Assembly: GCA_964016885.1 (NCBI GenBank) | Contig: OZ024741.1 | Coordinates: 347,448,001 to 347,512,000 of the forward strand | DNA from: Eledone cirrhosa | Lineage: Eukaryota | Direction of reading: 5' to 3' | DNA length: 64,000 bases | Shown: positions 13,404 to 24,397 of the stretch, piece by piece | Numbering within the stretch: the first letter of the stretch is position 1 | Layout of the letters: each line of letters starts with the position of its first letter | Notes under the pieces: model-generated | Told to the model about the DNA's origin: nothing | Seen by the model: only the letters and a program-made list of their open reading frames with translations | Databases searched by the model: none | Made by a program: the position numbers and the translations under genes

Positions 13404-14462
13404 TTAATTGTAAGTTGTTATGTTGCTGTTCCACTCATATTTTCTATTTAATTTTGGTTGTAATTCTTTTATGTTTATTGCCTCTGTAATTTGTCTAAAC
13501 ATTGCGTCTTTTCTGTGTGTAGATTCTATTTTTATTTCTATGTTCTCTAATTTACCCTTGTGTTCTATCTTAGCATGTTGGTAGAGTACAGATGATTCTT
13601 TATTATCTTGAAGGTCTCGCCAGTGTTCATTTATCCGTACCCCTACACTACGAGCTGTCTCACCTATGTACACTATATTTTTGTCTCTACATTGTCCTTC
13701 AGTACATCTTATGCTATACACTACATTTCTAGTTTTACAGTTAATATGGGGGCTTATTTTACAGGTTACACATTTCTTATCTATACATGAGGGTCTTTGA
13801 AAAGGGTATGTCTTGCTAATAAGTGATTTTACGGAGGTACCTGGTCTTTCTACTATCTTAATATTGAGTTTATGTTTATTTAGGGCCCTTCTAAATTTGT
13901 AAGCTAGTTCACCTCTAGGTGTTGTATCGATGAACATTACACTCTGGTATTTATTGCTATCATACCATGAGTTTATTCTATTAGCCTTGTTCCTAGTTCT
14001 TTCTATTCTATTCCAAAATTTGCTCCTATACAAGGGGCAGGTCTCATTTATGTCATTATTTACCATTTTTTCCCATTTGGTTCTGGCTCCTCTATACACT
14101 CTGATTCTATCTCTCTGATGGTAGCCAGAGAACTGCATACGGTGGATGAAGTGTTGTATGTGTCTCTCTAGTTCTTCGGGGTTGCACATGCGGGACACAT
14201 TTCTCATCACCCCTACCAAATCCGCAATCAGTATGTTGATTTTGGTATGGTCCAAAATGGCCGAGTTTCGGTGGATCAGATGTTTGGAAGTCATGGGTTT
14301 GGCATAATGGGAATGGAGGATTTGTTTTTTGTTGTTAATGGTACCTAACCAGAGCTCTGTGTCTAGTACAGGTAATCGATGGTTGGGGTGTTTACTTGCG
14401 TAGTCTATAGTAACTCTAATGCTCTGGTGGATAGAATTTGCTATTTGCTGGATGCTTTCCAT
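13404..14462 (-). CDS. PLE polyprotein C-terminus: RT thumb plus GIY-YIG endonuclease (5'-truncated, 352 aa open frame)
   Basis: LPVLDTELW, HYAKPMTS..IHRNSA, CxxxxCxxC, NVVYSIRC, YIGETARSVGVRINEH, EAINIKELQPKLN. Confidence 0.9.
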   Translation of the reverse strand: MESIQQIANSIHQSIRVTIDYASKHPNHRLPVLDTELWLGTINNKKQILHSHYAKPMTSKHLIHRNSAILDHTKINILIADLVGVMRNVSRMCNPEELERHIQHFIHRMQFSGYHQRDRIRVYRGARTKWEKMVNNDINETCPLYRSKFWNRIERTRNKANRINSWYDSNKYQSVMFIDTTPRGELAYKFRRALNKHKLNIKIVERPGTSVKSLISKTYPFQRPSCIDKKCVTCKISPHINCKTRNVVYSIRCTEGQCRDKNIVYIGETARSVGVRINEHWRDLQDNKESSVLYQHAKIEHKGKLENIEIKIESTHRKDAMFRQITEAINIKELQPKLNRKYEWNSNITTYN

Positions 14463-14870
14463 TGTGTTTTTCTCTAGTTCCTGACTCTAGTTCCAACATG
14501 CTAAGATAGAACACAAGGGTAAATTAGAGAACATAGAAATACAAATAGAATCTACACACAGAAAAGACGCAATGTTTAGACAAATTACAGAGGCAATAAA
14601 CATAAAAGAATTACAACCAAAATTAAATAGAAAATATGAGTGGAACAGCAACATAACAACTTACAATTAAGGACAAAATGAAAACACACACACACATAGA
14701 ACAAACAACCAACCAGTAACATGTAAATAAACAAATAGATAAATGAACATAAACACACACAGACACCCGGATGTGGCGCATGCGCAGACTGAGCACACAA
14801 CACACACACAGAAACAAAATGGCGTAGGACAGAACAAAGGAGAGGTACAGAAACAAAGAAAGGAATCCCC

Positions 14871-14915
14871 AGTCACTGAAGAGGTCACAGAGCGTGTGAC
14901 GAAAGAACTATGACT
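14871..14915 (+). ncRNA. Type I hammerhead ribozyme in a PLE pLTR
   Basis: AGTCA-CTGAAGA-G-GTCACA GAGCG TGTGAC-GAAA-GAAC-TA-TGACT. Minimal stem III, CUA triplet, one extra G. The mirror copy at ~13158-13203 has a mutated core. Confidence 0.7.
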
Positions 14916-15057
14916 ATATATAAACAACTATCTGGTTGTGGAACCAACCAACCAACCAAAAATTTATAAATTTGTAAATTTATAAATATATAATAAATTG
15001 AAGTGAAAGCCACTGGTGCGTGTGTTTCTTATTGGCAACATGACCCTCCCAAAGTAT

Positions 15058-15111
<54 letters not shown>

Positions 15112-15215
15112 GAAAACATTTCTACCTCGGTCCGATCTGACTAGCTCCTCCCAACAGTTTCAGCGAATGAGGCCTAGGATCTTGTCGGTCGACTGTCTCT
15201 CTCTCTCTCTCTCTC

Positions 15216-15277
<62 letters not shown>

Positions 15278-15278
<1 letters not shown>

Positions 15279-15775
15279 TGAGTCAAGCGTTATCACACCA
15301 TTAACGAACCTTTGAAATGGCGCTATATCCACTCTCACATTACTACAAGTTCATGTTAGAATGACGAGTAAGTCAAGGAGACAACATTTCCCCGAGAATG
15401 TTTACATCTCCTATACAAGGCGCCATTCTCAACAATATTAATTGAAAGATCACGGATATCTATATATATGATGCACACTTATGCTATCTAGACTTCGCAG
15501 ATGACATCATATTAATAGCTCAGACACCACAACTACTGGGGGAGATGTCCAATATCATCCATACTGTGAACCAACCAGTAGGCCATAAAATACATCTTTG
15601 GAAAAGGAAGGTCATGTTTAATAACCTAGTTAAACCATCCCAATTTATTGTAAATGGAAAAATTATCGAGGATGCAGAGAGTTATGTATACCTGGGAAAG
15701 AAGTTTGGAAGAAATGGTGCCCTATTTCGGATGTAAAAAGGGGGATTTTATTTAGTTGGGCGGCGTTTGGAAATG
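15278..15775 (+). pseudogene. RTE-like non-LTR reverse transcriptase fragment
   Basis: Translates to QGDNISPRMF...LCYLDFADDIILIA...KRKVM...ESYVYLG, with stops and frameshifts. Confidence 0.8.
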
Positions 15776-16131
15776 GCAGTATCAGTAGAGGGTCGGACAT
15801 GATTTCCAGCATAGTTACGTCCCTTTACGATCTGAGTTCAAATCCGGCCGAGGTTTACTTTTCCTTTCATCCTTACCGGGTTGATAAAATAAAGTACCAA
15901 TAATGTACTGGTTAATTTCTGGCCTTGTGCCTAAAATAGAAACAATTATATATGAATTGGCATTATCGGTAGAGGGCCAGACATGCTTTCCAGCATAGTT
16001 ACGTCCCTTTACGATCTGAGTTCAAATCCCGCCCAGGTTAACTTTGCCTTTCATCCTTACGGGGTCGTAAAGTAAAGTACCAGTAATGCACTGGGTAATT
16101 GCTGGCCTTGTGCCTAACGTAGAAACAATTA
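15775..16131 (+). mobile_element. Tandem pair of SINE family A
   Basis: Two consecutive consensus matches (~15775-15947, ~15955-16131). Confidence 0.85.
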
Positions 16132-17036
16132 TATTCGACAAGAGGGGATATATCTGGATTCGACAGTGGATTAGTTAAAAACATAATCCTGACCATCAGA
16201 GGAACAAACATAGATAGGCTTCTGACGTTACTCGATTGAGAGGCAACAGGTGGACAAGTAGAATGCCGGTAGAGAAGTACCGATAGGATACCAAAGCCAG
16301 ATGACGTGATGATCGGCCTCACATGGCCTAAAATTGCCAAATACTTAAAGCAGGAAAGCTCAACCAGGTATGTTTTCTCCAGCAGTAGAAAGAAGGCCTA
16401 GGACATTAGATATATGCATCTCCCTTACCATCCTCCGTGAAAACGCCTTCTCCATTCCGTCCACCGAGGCTGTGGGGCAGCAAGCACGTAGAGCCCCATT
16501 TGCTCAATATACAGGGAGATTGGGAGAGCGAGAGAGAGAGAGAGATATGGAAGCGATGACATTGAGAGTTCGGATCTTCGTTGTTCGGATGCATTGCACC
16601 TATCATGTGGATCATATGACTTGAGAGTGGGTTTTTCTCACACCGGTGAAACATTAAGTAACACATGTTACCGTCCATAGTTGATAGAGGTATATATTGT
16701 ACATACATATATATATGCATGTATATGTATGAAGGGTATCCACAGATGAAAAATGATTAATCTTATACTAGTGCTTCTTCAGTATATATTACATGTTCAT
16801 ACACTTCCAGATATGCGTGATTTTACGTTTCGGTGTCTAGTTATGACCATCACTGTACAGTGAAGGTGCTGTTCTAAAACTGGCGTCACTCTTCAAGCAA
16901 AAGGAGGAAACTGCACCCCCCCCCTCGGAATGCGGCCAGTTTTAGAACTGCTACTCATCTATACATTGGTGGCCATAACTTAACTAAGAAACACAAAATC
17001 ACGCATAGATGTAAGTGCTTGACATTTTCATATATG

Positions 17037-17132
<96 letters not shown>

Positions 17133-17222
17133 TTCTATCTCTCTCGCTCTCACTTTCTCTCTATCTCTTTCTCCCCCTCTCTCTCTCTCTATATATATAC
17201 ATATAAATATACTTATACATAT

Positions 17223-17268
<46 letters not shown>

Positions 17269-17404
17269 GAGTTAAACAAGATTCAATGAGTATATCAAAT
17301 AATGAGTTTTACAGTAGATTGGAAGCACTCTATGAAAAATAATTTTTCAGATTTATTAGTATTAAAATACAAATATTAATAAAATAGAATTTCTTTTGAT
17401 CAAT

Positions 17405-19025
17405 TACATTTCATTATACATATCTCGGATGTACAATAGTACGTCCTCATCAAACAAATTATAATGATACATGACATACCCTGAGGTGTTAAATGGTTAA
17501 GATTTAATCAATGTAGTGATTAAGCTAAGAGAAAGTTTAACATTTATACCCTAATAATGAGAAAATGCGAAAACGTAATAAATTCAATAGAGAATGTGTG
17601 AGTAGGAAAACGTTGCTTATAGAGATTTTAAAATGTATGATACTACAATTTATCTGGGAAAACAGTCAATAAGAGCCGTTGGGATATGATATATAAAAGG
17701 GAGGATAAGTGGTAATATATGTAGAAGGAGACTTTCCGAAAGTTAAACGGTTAAGTTTGAAAATATTTAATTTATGCTATTTTAGGGTGAAGAATCAAGA
17801 ATTTAAGTTTTTTTTTTAAATTGCTGGTTACTTATATTTATTAATTTTGTAAATTCTATAAGTGTTTTAACATTTCTAAACTTCAGAATTTTATGAGGAT
17901 AACTTTTAAAAGATTTAGCTGGACATCGGAAAGGAAAGTTTACACTGTCGAATATTTTCCTAAATGTAAACTTTAACGAAGATAATCATTGTCAACATAT
18001 ATGGTATGTAAATCTTATGAAGTACTTATTGTTAGAAATATTTAAATAACTAGTATATATATATATATATATATATTAATGACCCAGTATATTTTAGGTA
18101 AATGATAACGAAAATAAGAATAAAATAATAGATTGAGGCATGCTAAAGTTAAATATATACCTATATATAACAGGGTGTAAATGCATTGATTATTCATAGT
18201 TCGAAATAAATAATAATCAAAAACACATACAAGATTTACAGTTAGAAATAAGTTCCATAAAAATGTATGGGTAGGATATTAAACTAAAATTAAAAACTTA
18301 GCGAGGAAGATACAGATGGAGAAATAAAGAAATAATGGTATGGATCAAAGTTAATAATAATAATATTATGTTATGTATATCAATGTTCCGGCATGTTATT
18401 GAACAAGTGTCTTTCATTCGAGCGTTATTTCTTCTATAGATAGTTATAAGATAATGCAATATTAAAGGACATTAATGTTTTCCCTGTTGATTATATACGT
18501 CTGAAACCAAGTTGTTAATGATTTCGTGCTTCTCTCTCTTTTTTTCTCGTTTTGTGGGAGGCTAAGAATGTGGACGTACAAAAATAATAAATATAAATAA
18601 CAAGCAATTTTTAAAAAAAACCTAAAATCTTGATTCTTCACCCTAAAATAGCATAAATTAAATATTTTCAAACTTAACTGTTTAGCTTTCGGAAAATCTC
18701 CTTCTACATATATTACCACTTATCCTCCCTTTTATATATCATATCCCAGCGGCTCTCATTGACTGTTTTCCCAGATAAATTGTAGTATCATACATTTTAA
18801 AATCTCTATAACTGTTACATTAAGCAACGTTTTTCCTACTCACACATTCTCTATTGAATTTATTACATTTTCGCATTAGGGTATAAATGATAAACTTTCT
18901 CTTAAGTTAATCACTACCTTGATTAAATCTTAACCATTTAACACCTCACGGTATGTCATGTATCATTATATTCTGTCTGATGAGGACGTACTGTTGTACA
19001 TCCGAAATATGTATAATAAAATATT
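17405..19025. mobile_element. Decayed PLE-type element with ~445-bp inverted arms (17405-17850 / 18577-19025)
   Basis: Arms are reverse complements and each ends in an HHR motif; (TA)n-flanked. Confidence 0.7.
18969..19023 (+). ncRNA. Type I hammerhead ribozyme
   Basis: TATTCTGT-CTGATGA-GGACGTAC TGTT GTACATCC-GAAA-TATGTA-TA-ATAAAATA. The mirror copy at 17408-17460 has core mutations (TTGATGA, GAGA). Confidence 0.7.
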
Positions 19026-19232
19026 TGTATTTGAATATCTATATCTATATATATATATATACATATATATATATAGTATTAAGGATACTATTTATGGTTA
19101 TGTATATACTAAAACTTTTTATAGTAATATATATTTTAAACCCTAAACAGTGAAATACAATAATTTATTACTACCTTATTACCAGTAAGATAACTAGCTC
19201 AATGTAATAACATCAGTTGTTCTACAGAGCAG

Positions 19233-19286
<54 letters not shown>

Positions 19287-19325
19287 GATTTTAACAAATG
19301 GAAACTACATTTATAAAACCATATT

Positions 19326-19390
19326 TATTTCATTATACATATTTCAAGGACACCAAGTCAAATTATGGTGCGCTTTCATCAGATAAAATA
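19326..19390 (-). ncRNA. Type I hammerhead ribozyme
   Basis: TATTTTAT-CTGATGA-AAGCGCACCA..TGGTGTCCTT-GAAA-TATGTA-TA-ATGAAATA: 8-bp stem I, long stem II. Confidence 0.75.
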
Positions 19391-19998
19391 TAATATAGAT
19401 CAGTTTTATAAATAAATATTGACATACACTTAAAGAATGCGACCATTTCTGTTGGAAGCTCCCGGATAGTGGGGTTATTAAATTTATTTAGTCTATTATG
19501 CAAATTAGTGTCGGATATGTTTAAATCACAGTAGATTTAAAATAGGCCGTTGGAGTATGGAAAAAGAAAAAAAGGGAAAGAAAATAAAAGAGAAAAAAGA
19601 GCAAACTCTGAGAGGAAAATAAGAAAACAAGAGAGAAAGAGAAAGAGAAGAAAAAAGAAAGAGAAAGAGAAAGAGAGGGAGAGAAAGAGAAATCCCTAAG
19701 TGATAGGTTGCTGTATTATCGTAAATTTTAAGATGAAGTAAAAAAATAAATATATATTGGATGAGTTAGGAAGATTAAATAAGCGTGAATAGAAAATAAA
19801 TAAATAAAAATAACTGGAGAATTTTATCCAATGTTTAAATTTGATTAAATGTTTAGTTTATCAATTAAATTATCAATTAAATTATTGAGATCTATACATT
19901 AAAATTGAAATCTATATATTATTAAAATCTATATATTATTAAAAAATAAATATTATAAAAAAATCTATATATTATTAAAAGAATATATTCATATATAT

Positions 19999-20029
<31 letters not shown>

Positions 20030-20418
20030 CATACATATATATATACATACAATAAAATAGTTTCTATGTTTAAGATATAGGAATTTTTCTAAACTTATAG
20101 ATTTTTCGGAGAAATCGGTGAAAACATCGGAGAAAAATCGTTTCTATGTAATAGCAATACAGCGTGAAAGAAATTAAACCTTATATTATTTAATGGTAAG
20201 TTATAATTTTATAAATTTTATAGATCTCATAAATCGACCTGTTATGTTGTTGTGACTGTTATACTATAAGTTTGTTGAGCATAAACCGTAAGAAACCCTT
20301 TATAACAGAGTGCATTCGAATTGTATGTATATATAGAGACATAGACACATGAGCCCATACATATACACAACCTATACACAGATACATACACGTATATATA
20401 CACATACAGGTAGAAATA

Positions 20419-20512
<94 letters not shown>

Positions 20513-20954
20513 AAAGTACATAATATAAAATAAAATGAATTATAATTTTAAAAGGATTATAATTTTAAGAGGAATTACAATTTAGAAATATATTCATATC
20601 ATTTTAAGCAATATAACTTTAAAGCAATATAATTTAAAAAAATATTAACACATATTTTAAGATATAATTTAAAAAATATACAAGAATATGTATAAAAATT
20701 CAGTAGAAAAATGAATTTTAATTTATTTTATATAATATTTAACTATCAGTATGTTTAACTTAATTTTTTATAACCATACAAGAAATTTTCAAAGAGAGAG
20801 AAACTTTCAAAAAAAAAGGGAAACTTTCAAAAAATAGGAGAAACTTTCAAAGAAAATATTTTCCAAAAATCTCCCCCATTTAAAGCTTTCAGTATGTTTA
20901 TCTAGAAACATTTTCAAGGAAAAAATTTTTTTAAGCAGAGTTTCAAGCAGTCAA

Positions 20955-21047
<93 letters not shown>

Positions 21048-21179
21048 ATGTATATATAATGTATTTCGCAATACACTCCAATTCTAATATATATATATAT
21101 GTACACATATATATATATATATATATATGTGTATATGTATCTATATATATACACACATTCATACATATATATATATAAA

Positions 21180-21373
21180 ACGAGGGAATTGTGGTAAGGA
21201 ACCAAGTGGAACATAACGCACCAGAGTACACAATACTTAGGGTATTAGAGTGTGTGATAGGAAAAGGTATGACCCCGACGACAGAGCTCAAGCCGTTTCA
21301 ACGGCTATTTCAGAGTCCTGAAATAGTCTTTGAAACGGCTTGAGCTCTGCCGTCGGGGTCATACCATTTCCTA
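21180..21373. mobile_element. Fold-back mini-insertion in (TA)n containing the 3' half of an HHR
   Basis: ~57-bp inverted arms centred at ~21315, with GAAACGGCTTGAGCTC..GTC. Same family as 44708-44914. Confidence 0.7.
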
Positions 21374-21394
21374 TATATATATATATATATATAT

Positions 21395-21597
21395 ATAGAA
21401 GGAGTTTCTACAGGACTAGTACTGTTTCATTCAGATGAAATCTTCAGGAAGCTCCTTCAGGGCTTCCTGAAGATTTCATCTGAATGAAACAGTACTAGTC
21501 CTGTAGAAGCTCCTTCTATGAAATAAAAAAAATTTACTCTGCCATGTATTGAGTACCTTACTTACTGTGGTTATACCCAACTCAACCCGGGACCTAC

Positions 21598-21600
<3 letters not shown>
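21395..21600. mobile_element. Fold-back mini-insertion with head-to-head HHRs (- 21401-21455, + 21460-21512)
   Basis: GGGCTTC-CTGAAGA-T TTC ATCT GAA T-GAAA-CAG TACTAGTC CTG-TA-GAAGCTC and its inverted copy. The tail is shared with 27408, 28210, 43146 and 50480. Confidence 0.8.
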
Positions 21601-21641
<41 letters not shown>

Positions 21642-21647
<6 letters not shown>

Positions 21648-22390
21648 GTTTCTACTTTTGGCACAAGGCCAGCAATTGCCCAGTACATTACTGGTACTTT
21701 ATTTTATCGACCCCGTAAGGTTGAAAGGCAAGTTAACCTCAACGGGATTTGAACTCAGACCGTAAAGTGACGTAATTATGTTAGAAACTATGGCGTCCGA
21801 CCCTCTACCGATACTGCCAATTCGCTCTCCTAATATATACATACAAATTGTTTCAACATTTGGAACAAGGCCAGCAATTATCCAGTACATTACTGGTACT
21901 TTATTTTATCGACCCCGTAAGGCTGAAAGGCAAAGTTGACCTCGGCGGGATTTGAACTCAGAATGGAAAGGGCCGTAACTCTATGCGTCAAAGCTTGGTG
22001 TCCGAATTTCTACCGATACTGCCAATCCACCGCCCTTATATATATAATATATAATATATATAATATATAATAATTGTTTCTACTTTAGGCACAAGGCCAG
22101 CAATTAACCAGTACACTACTGGTACTTTATTTTATCGACCCCGTAAGGATGAAAGGCAAAGTCAACCTCGGCGTGATTTGAACTGAGATCGTAAAGGGAC
22201 GTAACTATGCTGGAAAGCATGGCGTCCGACCCTCTACTGATACTACCATTAATACGTGTAATATATAATAATTGTTTCTACTTTTGGCACAAGGCCAGCA
22301 ATTAACCAGTGTATTACTGGTACTTTATTTTATCGACCCCGTAAGGATGAAAGGCAAAGTTAACCTCGGCAGGATTTCAACTCAGATCTT
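21642..22390 (-). mobile_element. Cluster of four SINE family A copies in the same orientation
   Basis: Consensus matches at ~21642-21830, 21847-22036, 22070-22250 and 22268-22390 (5'-truncated). Confidence 0.88.
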
Positions 22391-23280
22391 ATAATAATAC
22401 AGATTTGTTAAGCCTTCATTACACTTATTGATTTTGGACGGGCGTTTCGCTATTGATCACCTCAAGGTTCGCTCTATATCGATCTGGCCCGAATCTGAAA
22501 TGAAACGCTTGTCGCACGTCTGCTGTTTCAATAATAGAATGAACATATAAATGTCTGTAACCTTTCGCGTTCATATGGTGGTCAGTTTATGTTGTTTTGA
22601 TTGGTGGTGTATCATGAGGAATGTATTGGTATGTATGATAGGTGGATGCGGGGGGGGGGGATTTAGCATAGTGACGAGGTGGTGGTGGGGAGTGAAGGGT
22701 GATATGAGTTGCGGGATTGTGGTGTTTTGGATCATTATAGACATTTCGGCGTGTAGTTAGTGAGGCGGAGGTGCTGTGTGTGGTGTGGATATGGTAGGGC
22801 TCTACCTGATGGGAGATGAAAGAGTGCGATGCTGCACTAGGTGTGTTTATGAGGGGGGTGAGCTGTTGGTGGTGATTTTGTCCCCTAAGAGTGAGTGGAA
22901 AGTAAAAGGGTAGACATAAGGGATGTAGGTCATACCAGGTTGGGGTGGAGTTTATTTGTAAGTTGTTTGGACATCGTAAATGGGGATTTGCGCTGTAAAG
23001 AATTAACGAAGTGATGAAAATGGCATGAAGTTAGTATTTGAAAATATATATAAAGAATTAATGAAATAAAGAATCATGGTATGATGTTAGTGTTTGAAAA
23101 GTCTATAAATTTATTTTTTGAAAAGGTTGCTAAAAAACTGGGGGTAAAGGCAAAATACCGGTACAGTGCATATTGTGTGAAAAGAATATAAAAAGGAGAA
23201 ACAAATGTCGAATATTAATAATAACATTCGATTCGCTTGCAATTATGCAAACAAGCATCATTTTTAAAGCCATGTCAGTA

Positions 23281-23330
23281 GAACTGCAGACACTAATGTT
23301 TCTGGGTATAACCCATCATCAGTACAGCTC
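23281..23330 (-). ncRNA. Canonical type I hammerhead ribozyme
   Basis: GAGCTGTA-CTGATGA-TGGGT TAT ACCCA-GAAA-CA TTAG TG-TC-TGCAGTTC: 8-bp stem I, 5-bp stem II, GUC triplet. It lies inside an inverted repeat (~23208-23283 / 23400-23475). Confidence 0.88.
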
Positions 23331-23618
23331 CCTATTCACCTGTTAACTGTGAGAGCTGATTTTTAAAGCCATGTCACAAGAGCAAGAATGAAGTGGTCAT
23401 TCTACTGACATGGCTTTAAAAATGAGACTTGTTTGCATAATTGCAAACGAATCGAATGTTATTATCAATATTCGAAAAAAATTACATTTAATATAAAAAG
23501 GAATATAAATATACATGTCTACACACGCAGCAAGTGACATACGCGCATACATCAATGTAAATATATATGCACTCATGCAACACCTCACACCCGCATACAT
23601 ACATTATATATACACACA

Positions 23619-23733
<115 letters not shown>

Positions 23734-24299
23734 TTCTCTGTGTGTGGTTCTTAGTGTTCATATAATATTATTTGGTTTGCGAGGATGAAATAGCTAGAAA
23801 CATAACTTATTTTCGTAGCGTGGTTCAAATGCAATTGTCTGGAACTTATTTTTATAACTGTCTCAGTAATAAAATTGATATTTCTGTTCAACAACATATG
23901 AAAGCAATTTATTCGGTTGTTACTTTATTTGTTAGCTTATGAAATATAAAATATCTGATATGTTTTCTTTTTATCTCTCTCAAAAATGTTTATATTCAGT
24001 GTATACTATATACGGAATTAGAAATTGGAAATAGTGTTACGGAGGCAAGGGGGATTAATTCCTTTATTCTTAACGACAAATATTCAATCTAATAAAATTG
24101 GTCAGTATATAAAGTGAGACTAATAATATTATGTTTCCTATCTGTTAATGAATAATAATAGAAATGGAAATATAACAAACGATAATTCTAGTTGTAAATT
24201 TGTTTATCTACGCTACCAATTATTTGGTACATCAAAGTATAAACATACACACATTCACACAAACACACGTACTCAATCAGTAATATACACACACTCACA

Positions 24300-24397
<98 letters not shown>

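Larger units (their letters stand above)
12950..15065 (-). mobile_element. 5'-truncated Penelope-like element with inverted pLTR arms (13009-13581 / 14493-15065)
   Basis: GIY-YIG ORF flanked by ~570-bp inverted arms covering the ORF end and 3' UTR. HHR in the arm; (TA)n on both sides. Confidence 0.9.
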
